64,000 nucleotides of DNA, from the NCBI RefSeq assembly GCF_964213995.1, contig NC_135813.1:20646001-20710000 (forward strand), written 5' to 3'. The notes under the pieces are model-generated. The model was given only the letters and a program-made list of their open reading frames with translations, was not told the origin of the DNA and did no database searches. The position numbers and the translations under genes were made by a program. The stretch is from Mustelus asterias. Its lineage: Eukaryota. Below are positions 31,758 to 43,900 of the stretch, piece by piece (positions within the stretch are counted from its first letter, which is position 1; every line of letters starts with the position of its first letter).

Positions 31758-33379
31758 ATCATCTATATCCACCATCTATTCAGACGTTGCATTCCAGATG
31801 ACAACAACATGTCTTTGTGCATAAATGCTTCCTCATGTTGCCTCTGGTTCTTTTACCAAATGTCTTATTTCTGTTTCCTGGCTACTATCGTTCCACAGAA
31901 AACAGTTTCTCCTTATCCAAATAATTCATTTTTGAACACCACTCAAATAATTCTTTTGACATTCTTTCTTAAGGAGAAGAACCCCAGCCTCTCCAGTCTA
32001 TCACCATAACTGAAGTTGCTCATTTCTGGGACCATTCTTGTAAATTGCTTCAGCATTCTCTCCAATAGCACGGCACACTAAACTGTGGTGCCCACAACTG
32101 AATGCTGTACTCTAGCTGAGGCCTACCCATTGTTTTATAAAGGTTTAGCCTAACTTCCTTTGTTAATAAAACAGGATGCTAGGCTTTTAACCTTTTCAAC
32201 TTATCCCGCAACCTTCAAAAAAATACATATGTGCTCCCAGGTGTCTCGCTCTAAATCTCTGAAAATTTTACCATTTAGTTCATATTGCCTCTTCACATTC
32301 TTGCTATCAAATGTAAATGTCTTTGTAATGTTGGTTTAAGAATATATATCAGCCAAGACGTGGGGTGCTCTTCACATACCGTTATGAGCTGTACGCCCAC
32401 TCGAGGGAAGATGGTGTCTCTTTAATGAATGTTGACAGCCAGCAGTGCCAGAGTTGCAGCATTAATGGAATGAGACTTCGATCCACAACCAATTCAGCTG
32501 GGAGATTTTTAAAATTGCATCAAAAAAGTTGACATGATTCTATGACCAAATATTACAAAATGGCTACAGTTGGTGTGCCATACCCAAAATTTCTAATTTT
32601 CCTGGCTTCCATTCTGCAATTACCCACCGCATTAAGATGAAATCGCACGTTTCCCTTGTCAAGGGTTGGATATAAGACATTGTGACTCCCAACGTAATAC
32701 AAACTTTACTCTCTCAGCTGAATCACTCTATACAAAATAATTCTGTCAACATGTGTTTTACACTAAGTGGTATTCTTGGTTATTTGTATTCATTAAGGCT
32801 AACACATTTTCATTTGTAACCTCTTGGTATTGGGTGTTGCATCTTCTTTGCTGACATTCAGCATGTTATTAACAATCAGAATGGTATCAAAATGAGAAGA
32901 CAGACAACTAGACGTGATATTTAACTTCCCCGACGGAAAAAATGTAATAAATCTTCAATTGAGGAGGGACCGTGGTCAAAGTAGAGTTAACTTGATCAGA
33001 AGCAGATCTGATTATAGGTTTATTTTTTTAGTGATAGTGGTGGAGGTGGGAAATTAGAATTATTGCATTTTTGCGATTCTATTAATCTCACAAAGTATGG
33101 ATCTCATTTAAAACTTGTACAAAAACATTTGCAATTGTATTGAAAAGACCTTTGAATATTAGTTTGTATAACTGTTCATATCAAGCATACACAAAAGACT
33201 GGAAACTTTGAGGGTCATTTTACATTTACTGTCTTAATAGGTGGTGATCATCTCCCCCCCTCCTCCCAAATGAGTCACCTTGCAGACTATGGAATGTAAG
33301 AATTCCAATTTAAATTAATCCCTTCATATTCATTGTTTCATCTGCTGCTGCTGTCACCAGTAGTATTGTATCCAGAGAG

Positions 33380-34150
33380 AATGAGGGGGCTAACACCCAG
33401 ACAATGTACTCCTTCAGGGAAAGATTAGGAGCCTATTTCTTGAACGCTACTTGTGCAGTCTTGACCCAGGAACCTGAAGCAAGGATTTAGTTCTAAAATA
33501 ACTGGTGTTTTGAGCATTGTGACAAGTTCTTTAGGGATAGCCCAAGTGTCCATATTCCCAAAAGACCACACAGCAATCTTTTGCTACGGTCTCTGCTAAT
33601 GGTGTAATGATCAAAGGTCCCTTTGAGTTGACAAAAGTCACATGAAGAGCTGCTGATATCCCTGTTAATGCCAGGGTGCCATACAGGTATGCCATCAGCA
33701 GGTTGCCCTGATGCATCTCCTCATTGGAAGAGAGATAATAATTTCATCAACTTTTTTTTATTGAGCTTTCCTTGTACGACATAATCACGATAAGTTCATC
33801 AGGAAGATCATAAACATACTTTCTCTAGCATACCAATCGCATTAAAATCATATTCTATCTGCCACAGTTTACTTTCTTATTGGTACACTTCTTTCTGTAC
33901 ATAGACATTACTGTCCTGACCTTTATCTTAAGTACCCATATCTTAAGTAGGATTGCTGGATCGCCATGTTATTTTCTCTGGAGTATAGTTTGCCTTTCCA
34001 ATAAATTTTGTGAGTTTTCAAAAGATGCTAACAATGGAGTCAGATTTTATCCAATTTATAAATGAGAAGTGTCTATATAACTGCAATTTCTCATCAAATG
34101 CTTGTTGCACCATTAGCTGAAACTTAAAACTGCGACTTGAAATGTTTCCA
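33380..34150 (-). mobile_element. Highly decayed Gypsy-type LTR retrotransposon pol fragment (RNase H to integrase)
   Basis: Broken-frame motifs DEKLQLYRHFS, HQG, WHPGINRDI, CDFCQ and GYPKELVT in the order expected for RNase H, H2C2 zinc finger and integrase core. Confidence 0.5.
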
Positions 34151-36486
34151 GGGGAGGGGTAAACATTTGAGGATAAATTTTACTTGAAAACACAATACTT
34201 TGAGCATGTTTATTGCACAACTCAACCGCATGAATGAGAAGAACTCTTGAGTGTTTGAATGTAATATTGAACCGATACGTACCATTCGTTACACAGCTGT
34301 TAGAATATTGTGTTCAATTTTCAATGTTCTCATTTGGAAGAGATGCCACGGCCATGGAGACAGGAAAGAAGATAATCCCAGGAGTGAGTGGCTTTAGTTT
34401 TGAGGTGAGGCTAAAAAACTGAGTCTCTTTTTACCAGAACAAAGAAGATTAAGAGAACTGAGTAAGATGTTCGGGGGCTTTGACTAAATGTTTTGGTGAA
34501 AACTACTTTCAGAGTCTGAATAATTAAAAAACATAAATTTAGGATAATCACCAAAAGAACAGACGGTCGCAGTTATGGAAGTTTTTAACATCAAGGTTCT
34601 TGGGATATGGGAGCCCCTAATAAAACTGGGAGGTGGTAGAAAATCCATAATAGCTTTTAAAAGAGAAATGAATAAATATGTGAACAGTGCAAAATGTTCT
34701 TTCAGTTCTATTCGCAACTCCTCAGATAATGAAAGTCAATGCCCATTTGCAGCAAGACCAGGACAACATCAAGCTTTGGCTTGAGGAACAAGTAATATTT
34801 ATACCACAAAGTGCTAGGCAATGACCTTCTCCAGCAAGAGAGAGTGACACTGCCTCTTGTTGGCATTCAATGGCATTCCCATTGCTGAATCCTCCCACAA
34901 TCTGGGTGGAAAGATGGGGGTGTCACCATTACCCAGAATTTAACTGGAGACACTACATAAAGTGGCTACAAGTGCAGGTCAGAGGTTGGTTGACCACCTC
35001 CCCTCCTCCCACCCCTCCCACTACCTTTCCAATATTCGCAAGGCAGAGGTCAGGAGTATGATGGAGTACTCCTCACTCATGTGGTTGAGTGCAACCCCAA
35101 CAACACTCAAGCAGCTCAAAGCCATACAGCACATTGCAACCTATTTGACCATTCACTCCCTCCACCATCGGCTCATCCTGGCTGCAAAATGTTCAAGCTG
35201 CGGTGCAGAAATCTGCCAAGGTGTCTTAGACAGCACTTCCAAATCTATGACCTCTACTGCCTAGAAATACAGGGGAATGGGAAGTTCCCCTTCACCTTTT
35301 TGGAGATAAATCATTCAATATAATTACTTCAGAATCCTTGACGTCCCTGCCTGCCTGAACTGGCTGCAACTAATCCATACAGACTGCATCGCTTCAAGAA
35401 GTTATCCTACTTCAAGGGGAATTAATGATGGGAAATAAATGGTGACCTTGCCAGCAATGCCCCACATTGCATGAATTAATTTTTTAAAAATCTTTTACAA
35501 GTATGAGCCTATAGGTAGCTCAGGGAGCTGTCCTCTTAGATGGTGTGATTACAATGATTAATCTGTATGAGTGCCAGTGTTACTGTGTATTTAACACAAG
35601 CATTTGTATATGTCAGTCTGAGCCTGTGCATTTGGTGTTAGTGCATACTGTGGTTAAATTCAGTTATAGTTTTCACTGGATAACTCCATAAACCTGAGCT
35701 CATCCAAATGCTGCTGTCCATATCCTGACTAGCACTAAATCCATTCACTCATCAGCCTGTGCTCGCTAACCCATATTGGTCCTGAAAATGCTGCAGCCCT
35801 TCAGTTTTAATATTCTTGTCCATGTTTTCAAATCCCTTTGTAACTTCTTCCCCTCCCTTTCTTTGTAACCTTCTCCAGTCCTACAATCCTTACATATTAC
35901 TGCATTACTCCAATTCTGGTTACCTATAAATCCCTTGTTTTAATTGTGCCACTATTGATGGCCATGTTTTTAGCTCCCTATAAAGTTCCTTCATTTAATC
36001 TCTCCATCTCACTACCTCTCTCTCTCTCCTCCCTGACTCTCCCCACTTCTCTCTCTTTCCTCCCTGACTCTCTCCACCTCACTAGTTCCCTCCTTCCACC
36101 TTTAAGATGCTTTTTAAAAGCTGCCTTTTTCCACAAACTTTTGACCATCTGTCCAAATATTCCAAACGTGTTTCGGTGCCAAATTTTTTGTTTGATATCT
36201 TTTGTTAACTAATTGCCGAATGTTTTATGCTGGCTGAAGTTTTATTTAAATCATGGTTATAACATCTTTAAGAGTTTACATCCTTCAAATGCCAGGACCC
36301 TGTTACATGAGTACCTGCCAGTGACATCATATCATTACTACAATTTGTGATATCATAATCATCACTGATCATTTAACTTTTAAGCTTTAGTCTCAGATAT
36401 TACAATGAAGGGGCAAGGTAATATCGATTTACCAGGTAAATTATGGAATTTTTATAATCATTAATAATAAGGTGCAGTGGAAGTTA

Positions 36487-36769
36487 AAGTTTATTTATTA
36501 GTCACAAATAGACCTACATTAACACTGCAATGAAGCCACAGTAAAATTCCCCTAGTCACCACACTCCGGCGCCTGTTTGGGTCACTGCACCTAACCAGCA
36601 TGTCTTTCAGACTGTGGGAGGAAACCAGAGCACCTGGAGGAAACCCACGCAGACATGGGGAGAATGTGCAAACTCCACACAGACATTGACCCAAACCGGG
36701 AATCGAACAGAGGTCCCTGGCGCTCTGAGGCAGCAGTGCTAACCACTGTGCCGCCCGCCCCGTGCCACC
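36487..36769 (-). mobile_element. V-SINE, tail type B
   Basis: Same family as 23660-23952. Confidence 0.85.
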
Positions 36770-37179
36770 GTGAGTTATATTGAATACTTACCTCCAAGCC
36801 GAGGCTTGAATTCAATGCAGAGAAATAAGAGCAACCTCTTTGCTGGTTGGTGTAATTCTAATTTTGAGTGGACATTGAGCCAGGCCACCAAATGGTTTGT
36901 AAATTGACAACGTCACTCGAGAGGTCTCAGCAGTGGAGAAAACGATGTTCGCCTGAGGTTAGGAGTCACGAAGATTTTACTCGACGTCGAACCAAAACAC
37001 TAAATGTTGCCCTAGCTGAGATCAGCTGACAAGGAAGAAGGATTTGCATTGAAGTTATTTATTGCCTGATCATGTCTCAATGTTTCACATCCAGTGAGTT
37101 TCTCTAAAGTGCAGCAACTGCTACTTTGAAAAACCTGCTGGAGTTCAGCAATGAACATGGGATTTTCTGGTTTTGCCAC

Positions 37180-37538
37180 TTTTTTTTTCATTTGTGGGAC
37201 GTGGGCCTTGCTGGCTGGGCCAGCATTTATTGCCCATCCCTTGTTCAGAGGGGTAGTTGAGAGTCAACCACATTGCTGTGGCTCTGGAGTCACGTGTTGG
37301 CCAGACCAGGTAAGGAAAGCAGATTTCTTTCCCTAAAGGACATTAGTGAACCAGGTGGGTTTTTCTGACAATTGACAATGGTTTCATGGTCATCAGTAGA
37401 TTCTTAATTCCAGATTATTTTATTGAATTCAAATTCCACCATCTGCCGTGGCTGGAATAGAACCCGGGTCCCCAGAACATTAGCTGAGTTTCTGGATTAA
37501 TAATCCAGCGATAACACCACTAGGCCATTGCCTTCCCA
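37180..37538 (-). mobile_element. SacSINE1-like (Deu-domain) SINE
   Basis: tRNA-like head, ggttcactaatgtcctttagggaaagaaatctgc core, tail shared with the 156-725 LINE; further copies near 8180-8470 and 59160-59385. Confidence 0.8.
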
Positions 37539-37726
37539 GCGTATATATACTGTTATATATGTAGTTTGGGAATACCCAAACATAATAGCCACAAATTCCA
37601 TTCCATTGCCACCATCTCCGTCTTCTTCGCTTGGTCCGAACTGAGTTGAACTACAATGTTCACGACCTTTAACATCCTGATTGACTCTCAGCTGAGTTTC
37701 TGACCCCATGTTCTCTCTATCAACCT

Positions 37727-39828
37727 TGGCCTGAATTTTACATTGGGGGGCACGCCCGAAGACAGCTAAGAGCAGACTGCCCTCTGTGAGGGAGCTGTGT
37801 GGGTGGCGATTGCTCTCTGTGGGAGCTGTGTGGGTGACGATTGCTTTCTGAGGGAGCAGTGTGGGTGACGATTGCTCTGTGTGGGAGCTGTGTGGGTGAC
37901 GATTGCTTTCTGAGGGAGCAGTGTGGGTGACGATTGCTCTCTGTGGGAGTAGTGTGGGTGATGATTGCTCTCAGTGGGAGCTGTGTGGGTGATGATTGCT
38001 CTCTGTGGGAGCTGTGTGGGTGACAATTGCTCTCTGTGGGAGCTGTGTGGGTGACGATTGCTCTCTGTGGGAGTAGTGTGGGTGATGATTGCTCTCAGTG
38101 GGAGCTGTGTGGGTGATGATTGCTCTCTGTGGGAGCTGTATGGGTGACAATTGCTCTCTGTGGGAGCTGTGTGGGTGATGATAGGTGTGGGAGCTGTGTG
38201 GGTGACGATTGCTCTCTGTGGGAGCTGTGTGGGTGATGATTGCTCTCTGTGGGAGCTGTGTGGGTGATGATTGCTCTCTGTGGGAGCTGTGTGGGTGATG
38301 ATTGCTCTCTGTGAGGGAGCTTTGTGGGTGACGATTGCTCTCTGTGGGAGTTGTGTGAGTAACGATTGCTCTCTGTGAGGGAGCTGTGTGGGTGACGATT
38401 GCTCTCTGTGTGGGAGTTGTGTGGGTGACGATTGTTCTCTGTGTGGATGTTGTGTGAGTGACGATTGTTCTCTGTGGGATCTGTGTCGGTGACGATTGCT
38501 TTCTGTGGGAGCTGTGTCGATGACGATTGGTCTCTATGTGGGAGCTGTGTGGTGACGATTGCTCTCTGTGGGAGCTGTGTGGGTGACAATTGCTCTCTGT
38601 GGGAGCTGTGTGGTGACGATTGCTCTCTGTGGGAGCTGTGTGGTGACAATTGCTCTCTGTGGGAGCTGTGTGGTGACGATTGCTCTCTGTGGGAGCTGTG
38701 TGGGTGATGATTGATCTCTGTGGGAGCTGTGTGGGTGATGATTGCTCCCTGTGTGGGTGGCGATTGCTCTCTGTGGGAGCTGTGTGGGTGACAATTGCTT
38801 TCTGTGGGAGCTGTGTGGGTGACGATTGCTCTCTGTGGGAGCTGTGTGAGTGACGATTGATCTCTGTGGGAGCTGTGTGGGTGATGATTGCTCCCTGTGT
38901 GGGTGACGATTGCTCTCTGTGGGAGCTGTGTGTGACGATTGGTCGCTGTGTGGGTGACGATTGCTTTCTGTGGGAGCTGTGTGGGTGACGATTGCTCTCT
39001 GTGGGAGCTGTGTGAGTGACGATTGATCTCTGTGGGAGCTGTGTGGGTGATGATTGCTCCCTGTGTGGGTGATGATTGCTCTCTGTGGGAGCTGTGTGGG
39101 TGACGATTGCTCTCTGTGGGAGCTGTGTGAGTGACGATTGATCTCTGTGGGAGCTGTGTGGGTGATGATTGCTCCCTGTGTGGGTGACGATTGCTCTCTG
39201 TGGGAGCTGTGTGTGACGATTGGTCGCTGTGTGGGTGACGATTGCTCTCTCTGGGAACTGTGAGTGACGATTGATCTCTGAGGGAGCTGTGTGGGTGATG
39301 ATAGCTCTCTGTGGGAGCTGTGTGGGTGACGATTGCTCTCTGTGGGAGCTGTCTGGGTGACGATTGTTCTTTGTGTGGGAGCTGTGTGGGTGATGATAGC
39401 TCTCTGTGGGAGCTGTGTGGGTGATGATTGCTCCCTGTGTGGGTGACGATTGCTCTCTGTGGGAGCTGTGTGGGTGACGATTGCTCTCTGTGGGAGCTGT
39501 GTGGGTGACAATTGCTTTCTGTGGGAGCTGTGTGGGTGACGATTGCTCTCTGTGGGAGCTGTGTGAGTGACGATTGGTCTCTGTGTGGGAGCTGTGTGGG
39601 TGACGATTGCTCTCTGTGGGAGCTGTGTGAGTGACGATTGGTCTCTGTGTGGGAGCTGTGTGGGTGACGATTGCTCTCTGTGGGAGCTGTCTGGGTGACG
39701 ATTGCTCTCACCATTTGAAATGGTGTGCCTGCGCGATGACATCGGGAAACGCTACCACCATCTTCTCGAACGATTTTACACACTTTCCGGTTAGGTGCTC
39801 CCAGCCCAGACAAATAAAATTCTGGCCA
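37727..39828. mobile_element. Harbinger-type non-autonomous element (MITE) inflated by an internal minisatellite
   Basis: TIRs TGGCCTGAATTTTA (37727-37740) and TAAAATTCTGGCCA (39815-39828), 13/14 match; L2-like sequence continues across both flanks. Confidence 0.7.
37783..39709. repeat. 31-bp minisatellite, about 1.9 kb (about 60 units)
   Basis: Unit gggagctgtgtgggtgacgattgctctctgt with longer (33-bp) and truncated variants. Confidence 0.97.
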
Positions 39829-40870
39829 TCTAATATTGCTAATTTCCACCTCTGCCTCAGCCTATCAGCTTCTTGTCTTCAACCTTGTCTTTGTCTTCTC
39901 CAGACTCAACTTTTCCAATGTTCTCCTGTGTAACCTCCTACCTTACACCCTCTGTAAATATCCACTTGGTCCTTATTGCACCAAATCCTGTTCCCTCATC
40001 ACTCCTGTGCTCACTGGCACTCATTGGCTTCCAGTCCAGAAGTGCCTTTGTGTGTTACTCACTGACATTGCTCCTGAATAACCTAGTTAAATTTTAACTT
40101 CATGCCCTTCCTTCTGGATTTCACCCGCTGTAGGAACATGGGACTTAGAAGCAGGAATAAGCCATTCGGCCCTTCAAACCTACTCTACCATTCAATATGA
40201 TCATGGCTGATCTGGTTATGGTCTTAACTCCACTTTCCTGTCTGCCCCGACAACCTTCGACTGTCTTATTGGTTAAAAATCTCAAACTTGAATATGTTCA
40301 ATGCCCAGCCTCCACTGCTTTCTGGGGCAGAGAGTTCCACAAACTAACAAACTCTCTGAGGGGAAAAAAAATCTCTTAATCTCTGCCTTAAAAGAGAGAA
40401 CTCTTATTCTTAAAAACTGTGTCCCCCTAGTTCTAGTCTCCCCGACAAGAGAAAATATCCTACCTGGTTAAGTCTCCTCAGGATCTTGTATGTTTCAGAA
40501 AGTTCGCCCCTCTGAACTCCAGTGAAAGTAATATATTTGACAAATTAGGGCCAACCACAGATTAATGAGTAATTTGACATTTCCTTGTGATCTTTTGATA
40601 ATATAAAACAGGGGGAGGGAGAGTTTATTGAATGTAAATGTTGTCTGCAGTCACACCCCTTTGAAAATTACTCAGCGAACTACGGGCTGCCCACAAACAA
40701 CAAGCCACACAGAGTCTGTGTCACCCCATTCTCCGCTAAAGAATCTCTTCTCACACTTTGTAGCGAATATGGAACTGCCGCACCCAACTGGCGAAGAACC
40801 TGCAGAAGCTGATCACTGGCAACAGTGAAAATATTAAGCAAAAAGGGAAAAACAGCTGTACCAATTAACC

Positions 40871-40939
40871 ATGTGGAAGAAATTGCCCTCAATTTTCAAC
40901 AACGTCTCTGTGAAATACTTTTCCTCACACCAAGCAGAG
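40871..40939 (+). CDS. WDR38: WDR38 coding exon 1
   Basis: aaccATG TGG AAG ... GCA GAG|gtaaac; 23 codons; VKYF..H..E parallels VKFF..H..E of WDR38. Confidence 0.78.
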
Positions 40940-43900
40940 GTAAACTGCAAAGCAATTGTCTTCTTACGGTAGACTTTTGGAGATTGGTTGCATACTTCAG
41001 ATATTTATTGTATATATTTAAGAAGAAACATGGGCCGTAATCTTACCGCCTTTCATGCCGGCGGGATTTTCCCATCCCAACGCAGTAAACAGAGATTCGG
41101 CTGGGCGCTAAATTCTCCGACCTCGCTGCAGTGGAAGCGTGGTGTGAACGGCTGGTAAGATCGCGCTCATAGTCTCTCGTTGAATCATATTGTTTAACAG
41201 CAAAGGAGGGGGGCCTCCTCTTGGAGCTATTCACTTAGTCTCAGTCCGAAATAATCATTTTCCAAATATTTACCCATTCCCCTTTCAAATCTGTAATGGG
41301 TTCTACTTCCCATCTAACAATCTTTGTGTGAAACAAAGTTTGCCCACGTCGTGCCTTTATCCTTGTGGTGGTGACCTCAGATTTATGTTCTGCAGTGACC
41401 TGCGGGAGCTCCTATGGTGCAGTGAGTAATGTGCTGCCCCCGAGCCAGAAGCTCTGGGTTCAGCTCCCCCAGCGTTGGTGACCATGTTTATAACACAGCC
41501 AAATAGGCGGAGGACTATCAACTTGTAAATCCTTCCAAAAACACCAACAGCCTCCAGTAAGACTGGGAAAAATACCTGCCCAGCCATGTTATGGAATGAA
41601 ATTGGAGCTCCTACCAACACTGTTCACAGTTGCAAGCTACTACATGCAAGTAAAAGTGTACATTGCTGCAGTAACTTGGTGGGGATGTGGGGGAAGGGGG
41701 GGAGATAAGTGGGGTGGAGATGGATGGGCAGGGGTAGACGAATGGCTGGATGAGATCAGTGCCGACAGCATGGGGTTTGTTCCCTGTTCTGATGGAGTGG
41801 ATATAAGACCTGCCTCTTTACCCTACTCGTGCTGGGTTAGACCTGCCTTCAGGCAGACAGCTGAAGACGCTATCCATTCATATACCAGTTGGTATACATT
41901 TTTTTGAGTCACAGTTCGGAAGGGACTCCTCAGTTTTGTTCTAAACCTCTTGGTTATGGTGAAAAAAGCTCCAGGCTCCTTAGTCTTTTTTAACTGAAGC
42001 TTCTTGACCCATGGGGGTTATTTTCTGTACATATACCCCAAGCCTTGGCATCCTTTTTCATTGTGAATACCCAACACTGGATCCAATACCCTAACTGTTG
42101 CCAACAAATTATATGTGTAGGTTCGGCATGCATTTATACTGTGAAAAAGCCAAAAGCTTCCTCTCACATTGCAGCTGAGCTGTGCAATTAAAAAGCACAA
42201 AGCTTATATTAAAGTAAAACCTTTCCCCAAAGTTACAGTTTCTTCAAAGTGAATTTTCATATCCGCTAAAACAATCAAAGTTTGAAACTCTTGCTGTTTA
42301 TTTTGAATCCCCCAATCAGGTACTCTTCCCTGGAGTCAGCTGATGGAGGAAAGGATGCAGGTATGCGGGGCAGCACGGTGGCGCAGTGGTTAGCACTGCT
42401 GCCTCACAGCACCAGGTTCCTGGGTTCGATTCCTGGCTTGGGTCACTGTCTGTGCAGAGTCTGCACATTCTCCCCGTGTCTGCGTGGGTTTCCTCCGGAT
42501 GCTTCGGTTTTCTCCCACAGTCCAAAGATGTGCGGGTTGGGGGATTGGCAGTGCTAAATTGCCCTTAGTGTCAGGGGGACTAGCTAGGGTAATGCATGGG
42601 GTGATGGGGATAGGGCCTGGGTGGGGTTGTCGTCGGCGCAGACTCGATGGGCCGAATGGCCTCCTTCTGCACTGTAGGATTCTATGATTCTATGAATGTT
42701 CCAAGGAAAATCTTGGTAGTTTTCCCAGGCCCTTAGAGGTGGCTTTGGGGCTGGAGTGTTGAGAAATTTGGGAACACATTGCCGCCAAATGTGCCCCAAA
42801 ATGTTCTCGCCTCTTTCCATCTTTCCCAGGGGCCTTTTGGAGTAGACATCAGTGACCCATTAGTCCGAAGTGGGAAGGAAATTGAATTCACCAAGGTGGC
42901 ACCTTCAATGGAGCCACAGTGTACCCCCCAACCTAGCAGATTAGAGCAAACAAGAGTTCTGGAGATGGACTTTGACTAGTTTTACTGAAGGACTTCAGAA
43001 ACAGACCAGCTGGGAGGCTGCCTTGTGAAGCACTCCTTCTGTATAGAGTTCTATCGTTACTTGATAGGTGAGTGCGAACTGCCTGGGAGGCAGTTCACCC
43101 ACTTTCAGCTGCCTTTAACCAGAAGGGGTGCAGTTTATGCAGCTACATCAGCCCTTGCTGCCGAGGGACTCGGTAGAAGGGACTTCCCACTGCCACATAC
43201 TCCAGATGCAGCAGCAAGGATGGCCACTGAAGTGCAGGGGGGAAGGATGAAAGGCCTCAATAAAAGATCAACCAGGGGAGGACCAACTCTCTCAACATGT
43301 TGGAGCGGCAGCACCTAATGTAGGTCGCTGCTAACATCTGTGTCCTCTTGGAGCAAGGCAGCCTTCCCAGTGCAGCAGCTGGCACTCATTGCTAATAAAT
43401 GGTGACTGTCACTGAGCCCTGTCCCTGTCCCCTTTGCTTCGCACAATTCCGGGTCTCAGATTCTTGCCGAGCTGTCCTGCAAAGGGGGAAAGTGGTGGCA
43501 CCAATAGGATTGGCTTGTGTTCAGAGGAGTGAAGGGCATCATTTTTGTATTCCTCCTGTGAGACATGGGCAGTATACGGAGGGTGAATGTGAGTATACTG
43601 AGTGTGAGTACACTGAGGGAGAATGTGAGTACACTGAGGGAGAGTGTGAGTACACTGAGGGAGAGTGTGAGTACACTGAGGGAGAGTCTGGGTACACTTA
43701 GGGAGAGTGTGAGTACACTGAGTGTGAGTACACTGAGGGAGTGTGAGTACACTGAGGGAGAGTGTGAGTACACTGAGGGTGAGCATGAGTACAGTGAGGG
43801 AGAATCTGAGTACACTGAGTGAGAGAGTGAGTACACTGATGCTGAGTGTGAGTACACTGAGGGTAAGCATGAGTACACTGAGACTGAGTGTGAGTACACT

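Noticed and set aside
38095-39849. 584-aa and 402-aa ORFs
   Set aside because: Translations of the 31-bp minisatellite cycling through three frame peptides; no splice or domain evidence.
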